Positions 1 to 8,129 of a stretch of DNA of 64,000 bases are shown in pieces. The stretch spans positions 1-64,000 of the forward strand of contig JAWSUS010000019.1 of the NCBI GenBank assembly GCA_033549025.1. Reading direction: 5' to 3'. The stretch is from Desulfuromonadales bacterium. Lineage in GTDB: Bacteria > Desulfobacterota > Desulfuromonadia > Desulfuromonadales > SZUA-540. The position numbers were made by a program, and so were the translations under genes. Position 1 is the first letter of the stretch. Each line of letters starts with the position of its first letter. The notes under the pieces are model-generated. The model worked only from the letters and a program-made list of their open reading frames with translations. It ran no database searches and was not told where the DNA came from.

Positions 1-121
1 GTGCATGACCATGTTTACAAAATCCTCCCCTCGATATTATCGGATTCTGTAAACAACGCGTCAATTTCTTACAGGTATAGTTTTTCAACGTCCGCATCTG
101 ACTGCTACCGGGGAGGCCGCG

Positions 122-574
122 ATGGATAATAAAGTCAAAGTTCTGGTTCCCGTCGATTTCTCCAAATATAGTCTTGAAACAATTCATTTTGCGTTGAAAC
201 TGCGTCAATGGGCTGAACCGGAGTATTGTCTCCTTCATGTCGTCGTGCACGACGATTTCAACAATTTTGCTGCGGAAGTTCCGCCACCACCGCTAAGTTT
301 GCAGAAACGCCTGGAGGAAGCCTCTGAGGAACTGGGCAAAGAGGTCGAGCAGCTGAAAAAGGAAAACCCGGGACTTCGCGTGGAAGGCAAGGTCGTTTCG
401 GGTTTCCCCTTCAAGGAGATATGCCGTATTGCCGAGGAGGAATATTTTCAGCTCATCGTCATCGGGACGCACGGGCGGACTGGCCTGGCCCATCTATTGA
501 TTGGCAGTACCGCCGAACGGGTCGTCCAACATGCCCCCTGTCCCGTTTTAAGCATTAAACCCCGTGTTTTGTAA
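122..574 (+). CDS. Universal stress protein (UspA family)
   Basis: VLVPVDFS N-terminus and IVIGTHGRTGLAHLLIGSTAERVVQHAPCPVL ATP-binding USP motif; RBS GGGGAGG. Confidence 0.93.
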   Translation: MDNKVKVLVPVDFSKYSLETIHFALKLRQWAEPEYCLLHVVVHDDFNNFAAEVPPPPLSLQKRLEEASEELGKEVEQLKKENPGLRVEGKVVSGFPFKEICRIAEEEYFQLIVIGTHGRTGLAHLLIGSTAERVVQHAPCPVLSIKPRVL

Positions 575-622
575 GTTGGCTCTTCTGGAGTATCGGCTCA
601 ACTCTCCCGCCAAAAAAACATC

Positions 623-651
623 TTGACAATGTCCAGTCTTTTAGATAGCTT
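623..651 (+). promoter_or_regulatory. sigma70-type promoter for rplM-rpsI
   Basis: TTGACA (623-628), 17 bp spacer, TAGCTT (646-651). Confidence 0.7.
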
Positions 652-703
652 GTCGTCTCCTGTGAGCCCCGTAAAATCACAGTTATCCATAGAGAGGAAC
701 ACG

Positions 704-1132
704 ATGAGCACGCAAGTAGCCAAAAAAGAAGAGATTAAACGTAGCTGGTTTGTAATCGACCTCGAAGACAAGGTTCTGGGTCGTGCTGCAACCGAAATCG
801 CCCGGATCCTTCGCGGCAAGCATAAACCGGTTTTTACGCCCAGCGTGGATACTGGTGATTTTGTGATCGTTCTTAATGCGGACAAGGTGAAATTGACCGG
901 CAATAAAATGGCCGATAAATTTTATCACCGTCATACCGGCTATCCCGGTGGGCTTCGCTCCGTGAACGCTGAAAAGCTTCTCGCCAGCAAGCCTGAGGAA
1001 TTGATCAAAAAAGCTGTCAAGGGGATGTTGCCCAAAAACAAGCTTGGCCGGCAGATGTTCAGAAAGCTGAAAGTCTACGCTGGTTCTGACCACCCCCATG
1101 CAGCCCAACAGCCCAAAGAACTCGCTCTTTAA
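704..1132 (+). CDS. rplM: 50S ribosomal protein L13
   Basis: WFVID...LGR.A..IA..LRGKHKP.FTP..DTGD motif; start moved to ATG 704 after RBS GAGAGG. Confidence 0.98.
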   Translation: MSTQVAKKEEIKRSWFVIDLEDKVLGRAATEIARILRGKHKPVFTPSVDTGDFVIVLNADKVKLTGNKMADKFYHRHTGYPGGLRSVNAEKLLASKPEELIKKAVKGMLPKNKLGRQMFRKLKVYAGSDHPHAAQQPKELAL

Positions 1133-1153
1133 GGTTCATAGCAGGAGATAATA

Positions 1154-1546
1154 ATGGCCGAGCAGAAATTTTACGCTACCGGTAAAAGGAAAACTTCCGT
1201 TGCACGTGTCTGGCTTACCCCCGGCAGTGGCAACATTACTATCAACAAACGCACTCTTGATGAATACTTTGGTCGCGAGACCTCCAAGATGGTTGTTCGT
1301 CAGCCTCTTGAGTTGACCGACAACGTCGGCAAGTTCGACATCTCTGTCAATGTCAGCGGCGGCGGGCCTTCCGGTCAGGCTGGTGCCATCAAGCACGGGA
1401 TTACCAAGGCTCTTCTTGCCGTTGATGTCGAACTGCGTGGAGTCCTTAAGAAAGCCGGCTTTATCACCCGCGACAGCCGAATCAAGGAAAGAAAAAAATA
1501 CGGACGGCGCGCAGCCCGTCGGAGCTTCCAGTTCTCCAAGCGTTAA
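1154..1546 (+). CDS. rpsI: 30S ribosomal protein S9
   Basis: [22 protein letters not shown] and C-terminal QFSKR. Confidence 0.99.
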   Translation: MAEQKFYATGKRKTSVARVWLTPGSGNITINKRTLDEYFGRETSKMVVRQPLELTDNVGKFDISVNVSGGGPSGQAGAIKHGITKALLAVDVELRGVLKKAGFITRDSRIKERKKYGRRAARRSFQFSKR

Positions 1547-1583
1547 GTCTATTACGTCAAAATTATTTGGCGCGATGTTCAGG

Positions 1584-1620
1584 GAAAGGAGAGGCCTGCG
1601 GGTTTCTCCTTTCTTCGTTT
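1584..1620 (+). terminator. Hairpin / probable intrinsic terminator after rpsI
   Basis: GAAAGGAGAGGCC-TGCG-GGTTTCTCCTTTC followed by a T-rich tail. Confidence 0.6.
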
Positions 1621-1632
1621 CAGGAGGAAATT

Positions 1633-2667
1633 ATGGTTAAGGTAGCCATAGTCGGTGCCAGTGGATATACAGGCGTTGAACTTATCCGGTTGTTGGCCGC
1701 TCACCCGGCGGTTGAGATCAGCTGTCTGACTTCACGGCAGAATGTCGGGGAAGGGATTTCTTCTCTGTTTCCCTCCCTTATGGACCGCATTGAATATCTA
1801 TGTGATCCTGTCGATGTCGATATCGTTCTGGACAAGGCCGACTTTATCTTTACCGCGCTACCTCACCAGACCGCCATGGAAGTGGTGCCTGATTTCGTTC
1901 GCGCCGGAAAAAAAGTCGTTGACCTGTCGGCAGATTTCCGGCTCCGTGATGTCAAAACCTACGAAGCCTGGTATCAGGCGCATTCATGCCCGGAACTTCT
2001 TGCCGAGGCGGTTTACGGTCTTCCTGAGCTATATCGTGAATCGATAAAAAATGCCCGACTAATCGCCAATCCCGGTTGCTACCCGACAAGTGTGGCTCTC
2101 GCCCTTGCGCCGCTTCTCAAGGAAAAGGTGATTGATGTCTCCACGCTCATTGTTGACAGTAAATCCGGCGCCAGCGGGGCTGGACGGGGGGCCAAAGTGG
2201 GTTCGCTGTTTTGCGAAGTCAATGAGGGGTTCAAGGCTTACGGGGTTGGAAATCATCGCCACACCCCTGAAATTGAACAGACCCTCAGTGAACTTGCTGG
2301 TCGTTCAGTGACGGTTAATTTTACGCCGCATCTCCTTCCGGTAAACCGGGGGATTCTGTCGACCTGCTATGCCTCATCCACTGTCCAACAGGGTTCGGAT
2401 CTTGTCGAACTATTTCAGGACTTTTACAGGGATGAACCCTTCGTCCGCATTCACCCGCAGGGTCAGTTTCCCGATGTTGCCTATGTTCGTGGCAGCAATT
2501 TTTGCAATATCGGGGTGCACGTTGACCCCAGGACGGGAAGGGTGATCGTTGTTTCCGTTATTGACAACCTGGTCAAGGGCGCGGCTGGCCAGGCTGTCCA
2601 GAATATGAATCTGATGATCGGTGAAAAGGAGACTCTTGGCCTGGAGGCTCTGCCTCTTTTCCCTTGA
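1633..2667 (+). CDS. argC: N-acetyl-gamma-glutamyl-phosphate reductase
   Basis: [16 protein letters not shown] (catalytic Cys), [17 protein letters not shown] 1633 after AGGAGG. Confidence 0.98.
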   Translation: MVKVAIVGASGYTGVELIRLLAAHPAVEISCLTSRQNVGEGISSLFPSLMDRIEYLCDPVDVDIVLDKADFIFTALPHQTAMEVVPDFVRAGKKVVDLSADFRLRDVKTYEAWYQAHSCPELLAEAVYGLPELYRESIKNARLIANPGCYPTSVALALAPLLKEKVIDVSTLIVDSKSGASGAGRGAKVGSLFCEVNEGFKAYGVGNHRHTPEIEQTLSELAGRSVTVNFTPHLLPVNRGILSTCYASSTVQQGSDLVELFQDFYRDEPFVRIHPQGQFPDVAYVRGSNFCNIGVHVDPRTGRVIVVSVIDNLVKGAAGQAVQNMNLMIGEKETLGLEALPLFP

Positions 2668-2698
2668 ACTTGTCTTCACCTGGTTCTTCCTGAAACCC

Positions 2699-2729
2699 AA
2701 TGGTCTCCCTGGCGGAGGCCATTTTTTTT
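2699..2729 (+). terminator. Intrinsic terminator after argC
   Basis: AATGGTCTCC-CTGGC-GGAGGCCATT then a T run. Confidence 0.75.
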
Positions 2730-2839
2730 CACTGGATCGGCCTTGGTGCCAGTCTGTGGAAGTGCCAGCAAAACTGTTGCCGGGGGATACCTCGTGTGAT
2801 AGTTTACCCTCATTCTGGCTGCGCGCGAGGTGGTGTTTT

Positions 2840-3580
2840 TTGCATAAAAAAGAACGTCTAGATAAACTTCTTGTGCTCAAAGGGCTGGTCCCTTCTCGAG
2901 AACGGGCCCGTTCCTTGATTTTGGCAGGCAAGGTGATTGTCGGCGACCATACTGTCGACAAGGCCGGGACTCTTGTCCCTGAAGACGCCGCTATCCGACT
3001 GAAGGGAGAGGATATCCCTTACGTCTCCCGTGGCGGGCTCAAGTTGGAAAAAGCCTTGCACTGTTTCAATCTCTCGGTCGAAGGCGTTGTCGCTGTCGAC
3101 GTAGGGGCCTCTACCGGGGGTTTTACCGACTGTTTGCTTCAGCACGGCGCTGCCCGGGTTTACGCGGTCGATGTCGGTTACGGCCAGCTCGCCTGGAAAC
3201 TTCGGGAGGATTCGCGGGTCATTAACCTGGAACGAACCAATATCCGTCATCTCGATTCGGCAGACCTGCCAGAGCAGCCGGGGCTGGCCGTGGTTGACGC
3301 CTCCTTCATCTCTCTTGAAAAAGTTTTGCCTTCGACCCTGAAACTGCTGGCACCTCAGGGATGTGTTGTCGCTCTCATAAAACCTCAGTTTGAGGTTGGC
3401 AAAGGGGAGGTCGGTAAAGGCGGTGTGGTGCGGGACGAGCAAAAGCAAAGGGGAGTCGTTGAGAAGATTACTCACTATGTGGAAACCCTCAACTGTGAAG
3501 TTCTCGGTGTGACCGAAAGTCCGATTTTAGGCCCCAAAGGTAACCGGGAATTTCTTCTGTTCTTCCGGAAAGGTGTCTGA
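2840..3580 (+). CDS. tlyA: TlyA-family rRNA 2'-O-methyltransferase (S4 + FtsJ domains)
   Basis: RLDKLL S4 domain, YVSRGGLKL, DVGASTGGFTD, IKPQFE, GPKGNREF; TTG start at 2840 after GAGGTGG. Confidence 0.95.
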   Translation: MHKKERLDKLLVLKGLVPSRERARSLILAGKVIVGDHTVDKAGTLVPEDAAIRLKGEDIPYVSRGGLKLEKALHCFNLSVEGVVAVDVGASTGGFTDCLLQHGAARVYAVDVGYGQLAWKLREDSRVINLERTNIRHLDSADLPEQPGLAVVDASFISLEKVLPSTLKLLAPQGCVVALIKPQFEVGKGEVGKGGVVRDEQKQRGVVEKITHYVETLNCEVLGVTESPILGPKGNREFLLFFRKGV

Positions 3581-4359
3581 TGATAGAGGGGCGCGCCTAT
3601 TTTATCGGCGCCGGTCCGGGGGACCCCGCCTTTCTTACTCTGATGGGGGTCGAAGCTCTTGACCGTTGCCAAGCTGCTTTTGTTGTGCCACCCTATGACC
3701 AGACCTATCACTGCTATCTTGCAGGCAAAAGTCTATTTGTCCCTTTTGCCTGGGATTTTATTCCGCTGCGCGATAAAGTCCTGGAGTTGCTGCAGTCCGG
3801 CAATGTCGCCTTCCTGGTTCCTGGTGACTTATCCGTTTTTTGTCCCTTTCAGCCTTTGCTGGAAGCGTTAGGCTCTTACGCGGAGGTCATCCCCGGGGTC
3901 GCTGTCATGAACGCGGCTTCCGCACTCCTTAAAAAGACGTTGACGGCAGGTCATCGCAATCCGCGAGTTATCCAGCTTTCAACCAGGATGATGGAGGGGG
4001 CGGACCCTCCTTTTGGCGATCTGACCGAAGAGTCGACCCTGGTGGTCTATATGAACACTTGGCCGGCAATGGAGTTGGGGCGCTGCTTGCGGCAAGGTTT
4101 TGGGAAAGATATCCCCCTCGCTGTATTTCATCGGCTGGGGTTGCCCGGTGAAACCGTGTTGACGGGAACTCTCAAAGACCTTGAGTCTCTCAGCGGGGCC
4201 TGGTCCTTTTTGCAGCAATTATCCAAAGAAGAGGCCTCCTTGACCCTTGTCATTGCCGGTGAAAGCCTGTCGGCCTGCCCTGATGGGAGCTGGTGGGATC
4301 ATAAACGCGAGCAATCGTGGCGTCATCGTTATGGTTCGCCCGAAACCTGCAACCTCTGA
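3580..4359 (+). CDS. Tetrapyrrole (CobM/CbiF-like, class III) SAM-dependent methyltransferase
   Basis: FIGAGPGDP..LTL.G, LVPGDLSVF, EVIPGV; TGATG overlap with tlyA. Confidence 0.75.
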   Translation: MIEGRAYFIGAGPGDPAFLTLMGVEALDRCQAAFVVPPYDQTYHCYLAGKSLFVPFAWDFIPLRDKVLELLQSGNVAFLVPGDLSVFCPFQPLLEALGSYAEVIPGVAVMNAASALLKKTLTAGHRNPRVIQLSTRMMEGADPPFGDLTEESTLVVYMNTWPAMELGRCLRQGFGKDIPLAVFHRLGLPGETVLTGTLKDLESLSGAWSFLQQLSKEEASLTLVIAGESLSACPDGSWWDHKREQSWRHRYGSPETCNL

Positions 4360-4370
4360 CGGGAGCATCT

Positions 4371-5492
4371 GTGGATCTCAAGCTTCTGCATACCGCGGAT
4401 ATTCATCTTGACGCCTCTTTTCCCTCGTTGGGAAGCAAAGAGAGCATTCGTTGCAAAGATTTGCTGGATTGTTTTGATCGTTTGATCAATCTGGCCATCA
4501 AGAACGAGGTGCACCTTTTTGTCGTTGCCGGCGATCTTTTTGATCATCCCCGCCCGGCGGCCGCCACGGTGGGCCACGTTCAGGCTGGGCTGCAGCGGTT
4601 GTCGGATCGAGGCATCCTCCCCGTTCTGCTGCCGGGCACACATGACCACATTGCTGCACCGGACAACATCTACCATCGGGTTACCTTTCCCGGCGCTGTG
4701 GTGCTCGACGCCCCTCGGGTGGAGAAACCCGTTTCCATTTCCATTGCAGGGCTTGATGTCCACCTTTACGGTTTTGCTTACCATCCCCGCTTTTCTGTCG
4801 ATGCCTTGAGCGGTATGAAGCGACGTTCGCTCCCCGGTGTGCATCTCGGTCTGCTTCACGGCTCGCTTCAGGGAAGTCCCGAGTGGGAACATCGCCCCAA
4901 GGACCTGCCCTTCAGCTTGGCGGATCTCAAGGAGTGGGGACTGGACTATGTTGCCCTTGGTCATTACCACAACTTTGCTTTGTTGCGGGAGGATGGCAAG
5001 ACCCTGGCCTGCTATCCCGGTACGCCGGAAGGTCGCCGTTTCGGTGAAAACGGAAGCCGGCACTGTGCGCTGGTTTCGCTCAGAAAGGACGAGGTGTCTG
5101 TAGAGGGGCTTGTTGTCAATAAACGGACCCTGCAGGAAGAGGCCCTTGACCTTACAGGGATGAGCAGTGAAGACGAGATAGCGGCTGCCGTTACTGGTTT
5201 GGCCGACCCAAACCATCTCATGCGACTGACCTTGACAGGGGTTCTGGAGACGCCTCTCGAAATTGAGCGGTTGCAGCACCGTTGCGAAGATGATTTCTTC
5301 TATTTGGAGTTACGGGATAAAACCGATCTTTTTGACAGTGCCCTGGTGCGGGAACTCGAAGAGGAAGACACGGTTCGCGGGCTGTTTGTTCGACGTGTCC
5401 GCCATCTGCTCGAAAAGGTGGCACCCGAGGAAACGCCCGTTCTTGAAGAGGCACTCAGGGAAGTTCTGGTTCGTTTTTCCCGGGAACGTTGA
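4371..5492 (+). CDS. SbcD/Mre11-like (YhaO-type) DNA repair nuclease
   Basis: Phosphoesterase motifs HTADIH, AGDLFD, PGTHD, LLHG, YVALGHYH, YPGTPE; GTG at 4371 after GGGAG. Confidence 0.9.
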   Translation: MDLKLLHTADIHLDASFPSLGSKESIRCKDLLDCFDRLINLAIKNEVHLFVVAGDLFDHPRPAAATVGHVQAGLQRLSDRGILPVLLPGTHDHIAAPDNIYHRVTFPGAVVLDAPRVEKPVSISIAGLDVHLYGFAYHPRFSVDALSGMKRRSLPGVHLGLLHGSLQGSPEWEHRPKDLPFSLADLKEWGLDYVALGHYHNFALLREDGKTLACYPGTPEGRRFGENGSRHCALVSLRKDEVSVEGLVVNKRTLQEEALDLTGMSSEDEIAAAVTGLADPNHLMRLTLTGVLETPLEIERLQHRCEDDFFYLELRDKTDLFDSALVRELEEEDTVRGLFVRRVRHLLEKVAPEETPVLEEALREVLVRFSRER

Positions 5493-5500
5493 GGCGGCAC

Positions 5501-7720
5501 ATGATTCTCCGACAGGTAGATCTCAAGCGTTTTGGCAAGTTCGATGAACGCACTTTTGAGTTCAGGCGCGGACTCAATATCGTTATCGGACCCAACGAAG
5601 CGGGTAAGTCCACGTTGATGGAAGCGGTTCCTGCCGCCCTTTTCGGTGTTCGCGACAAGGATCGCTTCAAAAAGTGGGGAAGGGCGGCCGACTGTCAGGT
5701 TGCTATCGCTTTTGAGAGCGGGGATCGTTTTGTCAGGATTGAGCGCAACCTGCTTACCGACAGGGTTCGTCTTACGGAAACGGATGATCTTTACCAGGTT
5801 CTTTATGAATTTGAAGGAAAGGTCTCCCCGCTGGGGAGGTCAGCTGAGCGGCTTGAATATTTTTCCCGACTGACCCAGTTTATCCCGGTTATCGAAAACG
5901 ACCTTTTTCGTGCTTCCGTTTTTTTTGGACAGGGTCGTCTGGAACTGGACGGTAAGAGCGGCATTGGAGATCGGATCAAGGCCCTCCTTTCAGGCTACCT
6001 CGATATTGACTATGATCGCGTGCTGTCAGCCCTGCAGGAGGATTATTTCCTGATCACCCGTGAGAATCCCTGGGGAAAAGACAAAACCCTCGACCGCGAG
6101 CTGGAACAGACCAAGACCCGCCTGAGTGAAGTGGCCCAGCAGAGGGAATCCCTGCATCAAATCGTGACGGACCTGGTGGATATTCGACAACAGATCCGGC
6201 AAAGGCAGGACTCCATCGAAAAGGACAAGGCGGATTGCGTTCGAGGGCAAAAATATCTGGCCTACGTTCGCCAGCAATGGCACCTCGACGAACAGCAGCG
6301 AAAGTTGCAGGAAGAATATGAACGGCTGAATCAGCAGCACGACAAGGTTGTTTCTCTCTCCAGCAAAAAGGACACTCTGCAGGAAGAGCTTGATTCGCTG
6401 GGAGTTTCGGCCGAGCTCGCCGATTCTCTTCCCATGTTGGTCAAGGAGGGGGAGGAAAACCGGCAGAGGCTCATCCAGTTGCAGGAGGACGGAAATGCGC
6501 TCCGACAGACATTGCTGGCGTGTGCCCCGCCTTTGCGGCGATGGCCGATCCTGCTCACCGTCGCAGCCCTCCTTGTGGGTGCAGGGGCAAGCTGGATGCT
6601 CCCGGTTCATTGGCTTTATGCGCTGCTGATATCGGTTCTTTTTGTCTCTATGGTATGGGCCTTGTACGTTTGGCGAAGTGGAACGCTCAAAGCTTATACG
6701 GAAGGGCTCAAAGGGCAGCTGCGCATCGTCGAGCAAGGGCGGGAGAAGGCGCAGATCAGGCTCGATGAGATCGATCGCATGCTGGAGGACGCAGGCCAAT
6801 CGCCCCTGAAGAAAGGGGAGGGGGCGCTTGAAGCAAAAGTCAGGCGGCACAGCACCCTGCGAAAAGAACTCGGTCAGGTCGAGGCGGCCCTGGAGGTCCT
6901 TGAGAGCCTCGATAACCTTCACAGGGAAAAAGGGCGCCTGGCTAGAGAGTTGGCCGTTGTGGCGCAGCGCCTCGAGGAGGACCGCCCTCTCCGCGGGAAA
7001 AATCTTATTCCCCTGGAAGATCTGCCTCACGCCGAAGAGAAACTCAAGAGTCTGGAAAGCTCTGTCAAGACAAGAGAAGAAGAGGTTAGAGGCCTTTTGA
7101 ACCAGGATAAAGTCTGGTCAGCCCAATTGGAAGAGCTGCCCCGGGTTGAAGCCGATGAAGCCAGGCTCATCAGGCGATTTCGTTTTTTGAAACATCGCAA
7201 AAAAGTGTTGGCTACGGCGATCGAGCTGTTGTCCTCCTCGGTGGAGGAGTTCCGTCGCACTTACCTGGATCGCTTCCTTGCCGATATCACCAGGTATCTC
7301 GGTCTGATTTCCCTGGAGCACTACAAAGAAGTGGCCTGCGATGACAATTTTGAATTTTCTCTCAAGGTTCAGGGCCAGGGCTTCAAACCCCTTGATTTTT
7401 TCAGCCAGGGCACCCGGGACGCCGTTTTCCTGGCAGTTCGCTTGGCGCTGAGCCGTCATTTGGCCAAAGGGAAAAAACTGCCGCTGCTACTTGACGATCC
7501 CTTGGTCAATCTCGATCGTCATCGTCTCACCGACACGATAAAGGCACTGGAAACACTGAGTTCCGAACATCAGGTTATCTTCTTCACCCACGATGAAAGC
7601 CTTCTCAAGCGGGCCACTCGTGATCGCTGGAACTGTGTTTCCCTGAATGAAGCCAGAGCCGATAACCTAGCGAAAAGTCCAGAAAGGAGCGAGAATGTCA
7701 ACCAATTGTGTCTTCTGTAA
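5501..7720 (+). CDS. SbcC/Rad50-like (YhaN-type) coiled-coil ATPase with an internal transmembrane hairpin
   Basis: Walker A GPNEAGKST, Q-loop FFGQ, coiled coils, signature FSQG, Walker B LLLDD, D-loop NLD, H-loop FTH. Confidence 0.88.
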   Translation: MILRQVDLKRFGKFDERTFEFRRGLNIVIGPNEAGKSTLMEAVPAALFGVRDKDRFKKWGRAADCQVAIAFESGDRFVRIERNLLTDRVRLTETDDLYQVLYEFEGKVSPLGRSAERLEYFSRLTQFIPVIENDLFRASVFFGQGRLELDGKSGIGDRIKALLSGYLDIDYDRVLSALQEDYFLITRENPWGKDKTLDRELEQTKTRLSEVAQQRESLHQIVTDLVDIRQQIRQRQDSIEKDKADCVRGQKYLAYVRQQWHLDEQQRKLQEEYERLNQQHDKVVSLSSKKDTLQEELDSLGVSAELADSLPMLVKEGEENRQRLIQLQEDGNALRQTLLACAPPLRRWPILLTVAALLVGAGASWMLPVHWLYALLISVLFVSMVWALYVWRSGTLKAYTEGLKGQLRIVEQGREKAQIRLDEIDRMLEDAGQSPLKKGEGALEAKVRRHSTLRKELGQVEAALEVLESLDNLHREKGRLARELAVVAQRLEEDRPLRGKNLIPLEDLPHAEEKLKSLESSVKTREEEVRGLLNQDKVWSAQLEELPRVEADEARLIRRFRFLKHRKKVLATAIELLSSSVEEFRRTYLDRFLADITRYLGLISLEHYKEVACDDNFEFSLKVQGQGFKPLDFFSQGTRDAVFLAVRLALSRHLAKGKKLPLLLDDPLVNLDRHRLTDTIKALETLSSEHQVIFFTHDESLLKRATRDRWNCVSLNEARADNLAKSPERSENVNQLCLL

Positions 7721-8042
7721 GATTATTTCCGGAGAGATCTCCGGAAAAATTGTTTATCAGGATGATCTCGTCGTAGCGCTTCAGGATATCAATCCCCAGG
7801 CTCCCCATCATTATCTGCTTATGCCGAGAAAGCACATCGCCACCACGCTGGATCTGCAGGCGCAGGACGCGGAGTGGCTGGGGCAGCTCTATCTGGTTGC
7901 AGGCGAACTGGCAAAGCAGGAAGGATTTGCTGAAGACGGTTTTCGTCTTGTCAATAATTGCAATGCCGCTGCCGGCCAGACCGTCTGGCATATCCACTTT
8001 CACCTTCTTGGCGGCAGAAACCTGTCCTGGCCACCAGGTTAA
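7695..8042 (+). CDS. Histidine triad nucleotide-binding protein (HinT-like)
   Basis: CVFCKI, DINPQAP, GQTVWHIHFHLLGGR, WPPG. Confidence 0.95.
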   Translation: MSTNCVFCKIISGEISGKIVYQDDLVVALQDINPQAPHHYLLMPRKHIATTLDLQAQDAEWLGQLYLVAGELAKQEGFAEDGFRLVNNCNAAAGQTVWHIHFHLLGGRNLSWPPG

Positions 8043-8129
8043 GCTGGCTGCCGATTTTAATTTTCGATATTTTTTGTGATATTCTAGATTATCGATTCAA
8101 AATCCCTGCTGTCGACGGAGCATCTTTTC

